A stretch of DNA of 64,000 nucleotides, taken from Owenia fusiformis (lineage: Eukaryota). The stretch covers positions 33,542,001-33,606,000 of the forward strand of contig CAIIXF020000001.1 in NCBI GenBank assembly GCA_903813345.2, written 5' to 3'. A program made the position numbers and the translations under genes. Positions 27,727 to 38,889 of this stretch are shown piece after piece (the stretch's first letter is position 1; each line of letters starts with the position of its first letter). The notes under the pieces are model-generated. The model did no database searches. It saw only the letters and a list, made by a program, of their open reading frames with translations, and was not told the origin of the DNA.

Positions 27727-27744
27727 TGGTGTCAGAAGTGGGAT
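27727..27744 (+). promoter_or_regulatory. Primer-binding site complementary to tRNA-Leu 3' end
   Basis: TGGTGTCAGAAGTGGGAT lies 1 nt after the LTR end (...CATTACA-T). It is the reverse complement of ATCCCACTTCTGACACCA, the 3' end of eukaryotic tRNA-Leu(CAA/CAG). Confidence 0.85.
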
Positions 27745-27899
27745 CAAAGCATTGGTTGTATCCTTTGCGCCCGTGTGTGTGTGGTAGTCACTGCTAGGAA
27801 AGCAGGGCTGACCACGAGGGCGTGGTCCTTTCAAAGGGGGAGATAGTGTAACGACCCTTGATAGCAAGTTGCTACTACAGTCCAACTGTAGTGGCTTAA

Positions 27900-27972
27900 G
27901 CCTCTTTAGCTCAGTCGGTAGAGCATCAGACTTCGGAACCAAGGGTCCTAGGTTCGATTCCCATGCGGGGCA
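27900..27972 (+). pseudogene. tRNA-derived module in 3' LTR (anticodon position reads TCG; intact A and B boxes)
   Basis: 73 nt: GCCTCTT-TA-GCTC-AGTCGGTA-GAGC-A-TCAGA-CTTCGGA-ACCAA-GGGTC-CTAGG-TTCGATT-CCCAT-GCGGGGC-A. The D arm pairs and the acceptor stem mostly pairs; the anticodon stem does not, so it is not a functional tRNA. Confidence 0.85.
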
Positions 27973-28567
27973 TTGAATTTAGCACACTTTCTTTCAATTT
28001 CTTTATCTGGCTTGTTACACTATGCTCGTTAGTTCGTTAGTTAGTCATTCCCCTGGGGCGCCCTCGGGTCATTACAACTATATGATATTCTTTGTATGAT
28101 GTGATATGAATTTGAAACAAAATGATTAAAAAGAAAAATTGGATCGACTAGATGAACTTTTAAAGTAAAAAAGACAAATTTTTAAAAGTTTAATTAATAT
28201 AAAGATGACCTTAAAAAGTCAGGAAACCCAAAATTTAGACTGTCAACGGTCAAGGTTAAAATCTAGGTCATTTTTTAAATTTCGCGATTATCACACAAAA
28301 GTTCGATGTTTTACAATATTTATTGCAAGGAATTCTTGTGTAGACTCCTTTTACACAGGCTGGTATCGAAAGATTTGTCCGCTGTGACTGAGCATGCTAT
28401 TTTTCATAAAAACACTATGAATACTTCACGATTTATTTTTTAACCCATATGTTTCGTTATATCAAAGAAAATTACTTACTCCATGCAATGAAAATATCAT
28501 TTGCGGGTAACCTTCACTTCTGTTTGAAGTCCAATAATGCGAATTACTTACAAACCAACTAAAATCA

Positions 28568-29416
28568 ATGCCATCAAAATCAGAAGACGAGGTGATAAGT
28601 TGTAGCCAACCACAGAGTATTTCAAGAAATACCACATCCCCTGACTCTAACTCTGCTGAAAAGGGAAAATCAAAAAACTCTAAAACCAAACATGTTGAAT
28701 TGGAAAAAAAGTCAACCTCCAAACCCAAACCAGTGGTTAATGACTCAAAACTCTCTGGACATCAAAGGGATACTACTCCAACAGTACATCTCGTGTATTC
28801 CTCTAATGGGAAGAAGATGGCAGGTACAATGAGGGCTTTCTCCAATAATAAGGTTAAAGTCACAGCCTCAGTCTATAGTGGAGGCAATATCCATATGGCC
28901 ACGAATGTCATTCGCCAGGGTGACATTGGAAAATCAACAGTTTATAAAATCATTGGTTTTGGGACAAATAACATAAAAAGTGACAACCCCACAGATATAG
29001 TGTATGAATTGAAGAATTTGGTACAAACAGCCAGATCTCACCACCCTTCCTCTAAACTTATACTCTGTGGCATTCATCACCACTGTGATTCCGAAGTTAA
29101 CTCACATATTTATATGATGAACAATGACATCGACTACATTAATGCTCAGATGGCTGAGTTCTGTAGGAATCAGAAAGTAGACTTCATTGACATTAACAGC
29201 ATAAACAGGTCTACAGCGAGAAACCCCAACTTCAGCGTACTGTATAAAGATGGACTTCACTTCAATACGAGAGGGCGTAACATACTTGCGATTGCAATGC
29301 TTGAAATCATAAAACAGAACTCTGGAAAAACGTACGCAAATATTATAGCGAGCCGACGAGCTGCAACCCACAATTCTAGAGACCCTCCAATGCCCCGGTC
29401 CCAGAGTTATTTATAA
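28568..29416 (+). CDS. LINE ORF1 with SGNH/GDSL esterase-like domain
   Basis: 282-aa open ORF with SGNH-type blocks: VYSSN (degenerate GDS), VYSGG, GFGTNN and KDGLHFN..G. This type of ORF1 is known in CR1/L2/RTEX-group LINEs. Confidence 0.8.
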   Translation: MPSKSEDEVISCSQPQSISRNTTSPDSNSAEKGKSKNSKTKHVELEKKSTSKPKPVVNDSKLSGHQRDTTPTVHLVYSSNGKKMAGTMRAFSNNKVKVTASVYSGGNIHMATNVIRQGDIGKSTVYKIIGFGTNNIKSDNPTDIVYELKNLVQTARSHHPSSKLILCGIHHHCDSEVNSHIYMMNNDIDYINAQMAEFCRNQKVDFIDINSINRSTARNPNFSVLYKDGLHFNTRGRNILAIAMLEIIKQNSGKTYANIIASRRAATHNSRDPPMPRSQSYL

Positions 29417-29891
29417 ACACTCAGTGTGATGCATACTTAAATCTGAATCTTAAAAACAAAGTATGCTCTAATGAAAATCTGACAAGCATAGACAATGATG
29501 TATATTATAATGTAAATAACAGTTACTGTGTAAATAAGTCTGTACATATTAACACTCAATCAAACTCTATAGGGAATTCTACTCAAAATTATTCTCATCG
29601 TGTCTCTAAGCATAAAGATGAAATCAGCATTAATTCCCATAATGCACCTGAATCACTCCGTATTCTTTTATGGAATATCAACAAACTGTCTGATAAGCTC
29701 ACTGATGGTGAAGATGTAAATTCTCTGTTCAGAAAATACTCAGATATTTTTATCAGTGAAACATGGGTTTCTCCTGATTGTAAACTTGAATTTGAAGGTT
29801 TACCTGTGAAAATCTTGCGCGTAGAACAAAACATGGGAATGCTCACAGCTACTCAGGTGGCATAGCTGTATTTATCAAAGATAACCTACAT

Positions 29892-32800
29892 TAGTATAGT
29901 AGGAACAAGGGGTTCCCATGCACCCATAAGGTGTGAATAAGTTACATACATTTTTGTAATCCCTAAGGTGTCTATTTAATGAATTCATTTGTTAACATTG
30001 CCAACTAATGTCCCATAGTACTTTTATGGCGGCATTCAGTTACCATGGTTACGCATCTTTAGACATCTTACCTTGGTATCTTAAATCATTTGTAGCTCTG
30101 TCATTATTTGGTCTATAGAAATGATATTGGTACCAAATTGAACCTCGTTAAATTTCCAATAAATTTCTGATATTCAGTTATGCAAATTAGCTAATTTGCA
30201 TTAATTGTGACGTCATCAATCCATTTTTGGTTCAGAATATCCTAGTATAGCAACATATCTATTAGAACTGAGGCCGTATGACAGAATGTGTGCATAGTTT
30301 TGTCCCTTATTTGATGAGTGGAAGATATAAGCAACATTAAAGAGACAACAAATCTTCAAAATTGGATCAGAATTAACAAAATTATCCAGCTTTGGAGGCA
30401 GCTCCTGTGAACGTCATTGTTTGACAATTATAAAAAGAATATTAAATTAACAAAAAAAGTAACAACCATAGTTGTTTCAATCTTATTGAGTAAAAATGTG
30501 CATGTATTGAACTGAACTAATAAGTATGTGGAAAGGTTACATGCATTTTGACTATCATTCACAGGGGTCAAAACGGTTATCTCGACCCTGTATATTAAAG
30601 ATCCAATCTTATAATTTACCATGCACTTTCAATGATTCATATAAATAGTATACATATAGTCTGCTTTTCATCATATTCTTCATATTCTTGATTCTTAAAG
30701 CATCTGAAGTATAAAGCATAATTAAAAGTGAAGATGATTCATCATATGGTTTATGTAATATTTCTAACATTTCAGATGCTATTATCACTTGATAATGAGG
30801 TTTTTACATTTCACGTTCTTAATGAGTTAAAAGAAAGTTATTCTCCCTTTGCTTTAGAGATAAATAGTCACATGAATTTGTTTAAAAAAATTATAACTTA
30901 ATTTAACCCCCTCCTGACAGCCCCCATATTTGAAGATTTTGGTGAAACCTGGCAAAATACATTAATAATTAGGTTCCAGAAGCCCCCAGAAGCTATATGA
31001 TGGCCCCCAGTGGCTCCAAGAATCTATAAAGGGGCCCCAAGTGGCCCCCAGAAGGTAAACGATGGCCCCCAGAAGCTATACAAGGGCCCACAGAAACTAT
31101 ACTGTGGTCTCCAGAAGCTATATGGTGACCCCCAGTGGCCCTCAGAAGCTATATGATGGCCCCCAGAAGCTAATTAGTGGCCCCCAGGAGCTATACGGTG
31201 GCACCCAGAAGCTATACAGGGAACCCCAGTGGCCTCAAGAAGCTATACGATGGCCCCCAGAAGCTATACAGCAGCCCCCAGAAGCTACAAGATGGCCCCC
31301 AGAATCTATATGATGGCCCCCAATGGCTTCCAGAAGCTATACAGGGCCCCCAGTAGCCCCTAGAAGCTATACGGTGGCCCCCAAAGCTATATGGTGGCCC
31401 ATTGGGGGACACTGTATAGCTTCTGGAGGCCATCGTATAGCTTATGGGGGCTACCGTATAGTTTCTGCGGGCCCTTGCATAGCTTCTGGGAGCCACTGGG
31501 GGCCCCTGTATATCTTCTGGGGGCTACAGTATAGTTTCTGCAGGCCCTTGCATAGCTTCTGGGGGCCATTGTATAGCTTCTGGGGGCCACTGGGGGCCCC
31601 TGTATAGCTTTTGGGGGCTACAGTACAGTTTCTGCAGGCCCTTGCATAGCTTCTGGGGGCCATCGTATAGCTTCTGGGAGCCACTGTGGGCCCCTTTTAG
31701 CTTCTGGGGGCCACTATATAGCTTTCGGGGCCACTGGGGGCCACCGTATAGTTTCTAGGGGCTACTTGGGGGGGGCCCTTTATAGCTTCTGGGAGCCATT
31801 GTGTAGCTTCTGGGAACCACCATATAGCTCCTGAGGGTCACTATTTAGCTTCTTAGGGCCATCATATAGCCTATGAGGGCCACTGGGGGCCACCGTATAG
31901 CTTCTAGGGGCTACTGGGGCCCTTCACATCTTCTGGGAGCCATTGGGGGCCATCATATAGATTCTGGGGGCCATCATGTAGCTTTTTGGGGCTCCTGTAT
32001 AGCTCCTGGGGGCCTTCGTTTAGCCTCTTGGGGCCACTGGGGTCCGCTGTATAGCTTCTGGGAGCCACCATATAGCTCCTTGGAGCCACTAATTAGCTTC
32101 TGGAGGCCATCATATAGCTTCCGAGGGCCACTGGGGGCCACCATATAGCTTCTGGAGACCATAGTATAGTTTCTGGGGGCCCTTGTATAGCTTCTGGGGG
32201 CCATCGTATAGCTTCTGGGGGCCCCCATATAGCTTCTGGGGGCCACCGTATAGCTTTTTGGGGCCACTGGGGGCCCCTGTATAGCTTCTGGGCGCCACCG
32301 TATAGCTCCTGGGGGCCACAGGGTTTCCTGTATAGCTTCTGGGAGCCACCGTATATCTCCTGGGGGCCACTATTCAGCTTCTGGGGGCCAACATATAGCT
32401 TCTGGGGAGCACAGTATAGCTTCTGGGGGCCCCTGTATAGATTCTTGGGGCTACTGGGGGCCATCATATAGCTTCTGGGGGCTTCTGGAACCTAATAATT
32501 AATGTATTTTGCCAGGTTTCACCAAAATCTTCAAATATGGGGCTGTCAGGGGGGGGGGGTTAAATTAATTAAGTTATAATTTTTCTAAACAAATTCATGC
32601 AACTATTTATCTCTTAAGCAAAGGGAGAATAACTTCCTTTTAACTCATTAAGAATGTGAAATGTAAAAACCTCATTATCAAGTGATGTTACCATAGCATC
32701 TGAAATGTTAGAAATATTACATAAACCATATGATGAAGCATTTTCACTTCTAATCATGCTATATACTTCAGATGCTTTAAGAATCAAGAATATGAAAAAT

Positions 32801-33954
32801 ATGATGAAAAGCAGACTATATGTTTACTATTTATATGAATCAGTGAAAGTGCATGGTAAATTATAAGATTGGATCTTTAATATACAGGGTCGAGATAACC
32901 GTTTTGACCCCTGTGAATGATAGTCAAAATGCATGTAACCTTTCCACATACTTATTAGTTCAGTTCAATACATGCACATTTTTACTCAATAAGATTGAAA
33001 CAACTATGGTTGTTACTTTTTTTGTTAATTTAATATTCTTTTTATAATTGTCAAACAATGACGTTCACAGTAGCTGCCTCCAAAGCTGGATAATTTTGTT
33101 AATTCTGATCCAATTTTGAAGATTTGTTGTCTCTTTAATGTTGCTTATATCTTCCACTCATCAAATAAGGGACAAAACTATGCACACATTCTGTCATACG
33201 GCCTCAGTTCTAATAGATATGTTGCTATACTAGGATATTCTGAACCAAGAATGGATTGATGACGTCACAATTAATGCAAATTAGCTAATTTGCATAACTG
33301 AATATTGTAACCATATAGTAAATTTAATAAGGTTTAATCAGATACCAATATCATCTCTATAGACCAAATAATGGCGAAGCTACATTGATTCAAGACTCCA
33401 AGGTAAGACGTATGTATATTATTGTCAAATAATGACATTCACGATAGCTGCCTCGAAAGTTACATAACCTTCGTAATACTGATTCAATTTTGAATCTGTT
33501 TTCACTTTTATGTTGCTTATACCTTCTACTAATAGAATAAAGGACAAAACCTTTCAGAAATTTTGCCATACGGCCTCAGTTCTAATAGATACGTTGCTAT
33601 AGTTGGAAATTCTGAACCAAAAATAGATTGATGACGTCATAATTTATGCAAATTAGATAATTTGCATAATTGAATATCATAAATTTATTGGAAATTTAAT
33701 GAGGTTTAATTTGGTACCAATATTATTTCTATAGACCAAATAATGACAGAGCTACAATGATTTAAGATACCAAGGTAAGATGTCTAAAGATGCGTAACCA
33801 TGGTAACTGAATGCTGCCATAAAAGTACTATGGGACATTAGTTGGCAATGTTAACAAATGGATTCATTAAATAGACACCCTAGGGATTACAAAAATGTAT
33901 GTAACTTATTCACACCTTATGGGTGCATGGGAACCCCTTGTTCCTACTATACTA
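29892..33954. mobile_element. 4-kb foldback non-autonomous DNA transposon (Academ-like termini) inserted in the LINE endonuclease
   Basis: Termini TAGTATAGTAGGAAC...GTTCCTACTATACTA, ~1.1-kb inverted arms, 3-bp TSD CAT. Removal restores the frame ...IKDNLH|GSFIEIL... The ORFs at 30428(-) and 32853(+) translate identically. Confidence 0.85.
30975..32490. repeat. GC-rich ~21-bp minisatellite (GGCCCCCAGAAGCTATA core) that switches orientation near 31400
   Basis: Units read GGCCCCCAGAAGCTATA left of ~31400 and TATAGCTTCTGGGGGCC right of it. Confidence 0.9.
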
Positions 33955-34350
33955 CATGGATCGTTTATTGAGATCTTACCCCAATCTCATGATTTTTTTG
34001 TCTGGATTAAATTAAACTCAAATGCTTACACTATCACACAAGACATCTTTATTTGTTTTGTTTACTTACCATTTAAAGGTTCAGCATTTGATAATATTTT
34101 AGGAACAAGTAATTTAGATATTCTTGAAAATTCTATTGCTCATTACCAGAGTCTTGGTAAGACAATGATGTGTGGAGATTCAATGCTCGCACAGCGGAAC
34201 TAACAGATTGTCATATGAATATTTTTGGTTCCAATGGGCAATTACCTGTAACAGAACATGTACAAGAGGCTGAAATCAATGTAAATATACCAAAAAGGGT
34301 GTCTATGGATAAGAATGTACATAACTGCTATAAATCAAACTCATGGTCAT

Positions 34351-35260
34351 GGGTTTTCGTAAAACACCGACCGCTGACCACCGACCACCGACCAGTCACT
34401 CTCCACAGTTGGGTACATAAGTTCGGTGGTCGGCTGACGGTCTTTTACATAAGGATGAAAAAATGCAAAATTAGAAGTAAAACTAAAACTGGGAATCCAA
34501 TGACTATAAACGTATGATTATCATTTCAAATCACGATGAAAATGTTACATCGTCGTGGTGTGTAATGTCATATTTTTAAGTGATGTTTCAGTTGTTAGAA
34601 GACCAATTTCATCCTGGTTAGTCATTTTGGAAAAAAACGCACGTAACATTGCATTAAGTTCATTCTTCATTCATATGAAACGCAATAACAAAAACATACA
34701 AACATCGTCGATGTTGACGTCATAACGTTATGTTTGATTTCTCAGTTGTTAAACGTCAACTGGTAAAAACTACATTTGATATGACAAAAAAAGCTGTCTA
34801 ATGGTGTACTGAAATGGTAAGTCACTTTTAATCCCGATAAGAGAACGCATGTAACATTATATCGTGTTCAGTAGTCAGTAGGCTATGACGATAACAAATC
34901 ATTTTTGTTTCGAAATTGTTAAATTTCAGTAAAAAATTAGGACAGATTCCCGTAGAAATGATAGGTTGGTTAATGATAGGTTAGGACCTAAGGCAGGACA
35001 ATTAATCGAGAGGAGACGGTCATGACCAATTTGTTTGCTTGCCATTCGTTGCAAGGTACAAAATCGGTAAAAAAACGTTGCCTAGTCCAACGATTGACAT
35101 TCAAAATCAAATTATTAATATTCTAAGGCTACAAATATGTTCTGTCTTTTACATGATATGGTCGGTCTTTTACACATTTTCTTCAAACCCTGTTTTGAGG
35201 CTACCAGTGGAAAACACCGACCGGTCGGTGGTCGGTGGGGTCGGTCTTTTCCGAAAACCC
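34351..35260. mobile_element. MULE/Mutator-like MITE inserted in the LINE
   Basis: TIRs GGGTTTTCG(T/G)AAAA(C/G)ACCGACC; 9-bp TSD CATGGTCAT (34342-50, 35261-69). Confidence 0.88.
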
Positions 35261-35295
35261 CATGGTCATGAACTTCTTACTTTATGTAAGTCTTC

Positions 35296-37206
35296 CAGAG
35301 CTGTCAAGTGTCCCGCGAATGGCAGGATTATCCCGCGAATTCGATCAAAATTAGGCTAATTCGCGTGTCCCGCAATGTCCCGCGAAGTCCCGCAAATGTG
35401 GCTTTCGACCTCCGCGAATTTCCGAAATTGTTGCAATCCCCTATATGGTGATTATCTTTTCTTATATAAGAAGCTAAGTTCTTGCACTTTTGAGGAGTAA
35501 AGTTTACCTAATTTCAAGTACCTAGCATGCTGTTGTTTGGTATCAAAATAAAGAGGAAGGGTTCAACTTTCATTTTAATTACGACAATAGGGATGTAGGT
35601 CACAAATAGTTCCAACGTTGGCCTTTTTACTATCCGTGTGGCCTTCATCTCAGAACTGAGCAAATGTTAGCAAACGCGAGTTACAATAAATGGACGCTGA
35701 TATCTAGAAAGGGTTTGTAGAAAAAACCGGGTACCGGGTAGTAAATCCTCCATGCTGGGTTCAAACTTGGTACCCGGTACCCAGTCAAAAAACGGGTACC
35801 CAAAAAATGAAAAATACGAATATACGAGTATAACATTATTAGATTATCAGAAAACGTGTAAGATTTGTTTTGAATTAACAAAAATGTATGTAACATCCTT
35901 CAAAATTGAGCTAGAAGCTTCAAATAAAAAGCATATTTTAAGGCTCTTTTCTTCCTCTATAGCCATGACCATATTTTCATTGGTTATGTTCACGTACCAA
36001 CATACGAACTCATTGAAAATAGAGTAAAATTGATTTGTCTTGTTATTCAAATCGTCTTACAATGTCATTGGCGTAGCCAGGAGAGGGTGTGATGGTGCGA
36101 TCGCACCCCCTCCCCCTTCATTACCAATGGAAATATGACCATGATGATAGAGGAAGAAAAGAGGCTTAAAATGCTTTTTATTTGAAGCTTCTAGCTCAAT
36201 TTTGAAGGAAGTTACATTTTTGTAAATTCAAAACAAATCTTACACGTTTTCTAATGATCTAATTATGTTGTATATTCGTATATTTCGTTTTTTGGGTACC
36301 CGGTTTTTCAACCGGGTACCAAGTTTGTCTACGTAAATTTTATTTATATTATTAATTGCATTACATTTACATGTACATATTTATATTTACATTTACATGT
36401 ACATAAATAAGAATGAAGGAATAAAAAAAAAAAAAAAAGTTTGAACCCAGCATGGAGGATTTACTACCCGGTACCCGGTTTTTTCTACAAACCCTATCTA
36501 GAAAAGTAACCTCATTCCCTATAATTTGATGTAGATTAATCGAACCCCTATATCATGGGCTCTCAATTGAAAGCCCATGCCTACAGTATGGTAGTAGTTG
36601 GTCACGACGCCAGAAGCAGAGAAGTGCAAAGTATTGTTCCAAATTTTTGAATTTCGTGTTAGATTACGATACTCACACCTCAAGCATGGTTTTTGTTTTT
36701 GATAAATTACAATAAAGTTTAATAATATTTCTATGCGTATTTTGTGAAATTATGTTGACGTTTATTTAAGTTACAATGTAACGGTGCATTATATTTGATT
36801 AATCAGTATCTGAAAGTTTGATTCAAGTACTTTTACACGCTTTTACATTAGTCCAAATCACGCAAATCCCTTGAATGTCCCGGGACATCCTGCAAATTTA
36901 GGTGGTTGTGCCGCGAAATCCCGCAAATTTAGGGCACTTTTTCTAGAAAATCTGTCCCTCTATGAAGTTTTTGCTGGTAAACCTGTTAACTGTCCCGCAA
37001 TTAGGGTGTTTGTCCCTCGAATGGTCCCGCGAAATCCCGCGAATTTGATAAAAAAAAATTGGCCTATAAGCGCAATCACGCAAATCCCTTAAATGTCTCG
37101 CGAAATCCCGCGAATTTAGTAGATGTCCCGCAAAATCCCGCGAATTTTGGGCACTGGGTCTAAAAAATCTGTCCCGCGAGAAAATCTTTGGGGGTTGACA
37201 GTACTG
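35296..37206 (+). mobile_element. CAG..CTG MITE with 6-bp TSD, long composite form, inserted in the LINE
   Basis: Same ends; TSD GTCTTC. Removal restores the LINE frame LCKS|SGMQILNGRF. Confidence 0.9.
36328..36436 (+). mobile_element. Short polyadenylated retroposed insertion
   Basis: About 110 bp ending in AATAAA plus an A-tail; TSD AAGTTTG (36321-27, 36437-43); absent from the sister copies. Confidence 0.75.
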
Positions 37207-38889
37207 GTCTTCAGGAATGCAGATATTAAATGGTCGATTTCATCAAGATAAAGATATGGGCAAATTTACATTTTATCCTTATTTACAAGATGACATTAAT
37301 AACCCCTATCGTGGGAAATCAGTCGTTGATTATGTTATCTCACAACCAAGTTTACTTCCTTTTATAAGTGATTTTAAAGTACATGATAAAAGAGTTGATT
37401 CAGATCACGCCCCATTGCATTTCATTTTTGATATTCAGAAAAATTCACCTACCGATGTTGAACAAGGTTCACCAAGCACATGCTTTCAAAAAATTCCATT
37501 TTCTTTTTTCAAATGGGACAGTGATAAAAAGATTGACTTCAAAGCTAAATTAACAGACAAAATTAGCAAAACTTTACTTGAAAATTTCTTTGTATTTTTA
37601 GGTGATTCATCTCAGAATTCAAATGACTTAACTGATGCAATCTTAGCCCCAATCAATTATGCAGCTGAAGAAACATTTAAAATTAAAAACTTGTCTAAAC
37701 GAAAATCTAAATTTCCTGTTAACGGATGGTTTACGGATGAGTGTAAAGAATTTTGGAAGATGCTGCATGCCATTCCCGGAAATTCAACTCATGACATACC
37801 TATTTCTCCTCGTGTATTATTTTCAGCATTTAAAGTGTTTATTGTATGGTATATATAAATAATTGCTACTCCCGTTGAATTAAGTTCATCATAGCATAAG
37901 GAAATGAATTAGAATATAAAAATACAAATAATCGTTTGTTGTTCTTAATAAATCACACTTCAGTGAACGTGTTGTTTCAGTTTCGATCAATTGAACTCTA
38001 TATTCATGAGCCTACGATGACGTCTACATAGGCACATTAGACTACATGAATATAGAGCTGGTTACGTTCACTCCTGTAATTATGAATGAATAGTTGACGA
38101 TGAATAGGCCCCCATGTTGAGTTCACTCAGAATACATTTTGAGTAGAGCTTATCACGCTCACTCCTGTAATTGTGAATAAATAGTTCACAATGTTTGGGC
38201 CCCCTGATTGTGTTCACTCGGAATACGTTTGAAGTAGGCTAGAACCAATTTGAATTTGAATCGTGTCTCCTCTATTCACCGTGACAGAGCTGCGATTCAC
38301 GAGCGATTATTACAACACCTGAGTGAACACGCCCAATAATACCTCGCTTACATAAGGTCAGATTCACACTGTATCGGGGCCTTGGCGATGGGAGTATTAT
38401 GTGGATTTAATTTTTAACACAATACTAATCCCCGGCGCCCTTGTGATGAAACTGAGCTTATTTTGATCACACAACAACTTCATGATCATGACAGAAATTT
38501 GAAAGTTCGCGTGGCTTGCGCAAATTATATATATATTGATATTATTATTATCATTTTTGTTTAAATCACTTCCTTTTACTCAATTTAGAAATATGCTTGT
38601 TTTACAATATTTCGATTGATTGGTACAATTAGATTATTCTTTTGTATATCAGAAATACATTGCACGTAGGCTTACTTCAGATCGCGCGTGCATTCTAGGT
38701 TCAAGGCCATTTTCTCTCTTTCCAAGGAGAATAAATATAACAAAATTCAGATGGGCATTTTTATACTTCTTTATTCGTCCATTATAGTGAAGTCTTGGGG
38801 TTGTTACGTCTGTGGAGCATCTATATTGATTCGGGGGAGCACGTTTTATATAATTTCGATAGGAAAAGAAAATTGATATACAGTGCAAT

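Larger units (their letters stand above)
26813..28076 (+). mobile_element. TRIM (miniature non-autonomous LTR retrotransposon) with tRNA-derived LTRs, Helenus-like
   Basis: 4-bp TSD ACTA (26809-12, 28077-80). LTR1 26813-27725 (interrupted) and LTR2 27847-28076 (230 bp, TGTAACGACCC...GGGTCATTACA). PBS TGGTGTCAGAAGTGGGAT at 27727-27744, PPT AAAGGGGGAGATAG at 27833-27846, 121-bp non-coding interior. Confidence 0.9.
29380..37850 (+). pseudogene. LINE ORF2 apurinic-endonuclease region (fragmented)
   Basis: Motifs LRILLWNINKL, IFISETW, GGIAVFIK, VWIKL, FVYLP, CGD(F)NART, LCKSSGMQILNGRF, SVVDYVI and SDHAPL are recovered after removing the insertions; several frameshifts remain. Confidence 0.85.

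Noticed and set aside
26866..27972. Two tRNA-Arg(TCG) genes
   Set aside because: The anticodon stem does not pair and the T stem is mismatched; both lie inside the LTRs of a TRIM.
31062..32467. MAPRSY/GPQKLY repeat-protein ORFs
   Set aside because: These are translations of a ~21-bp minisatellite in several frames on both strands inside a foldback transposon.
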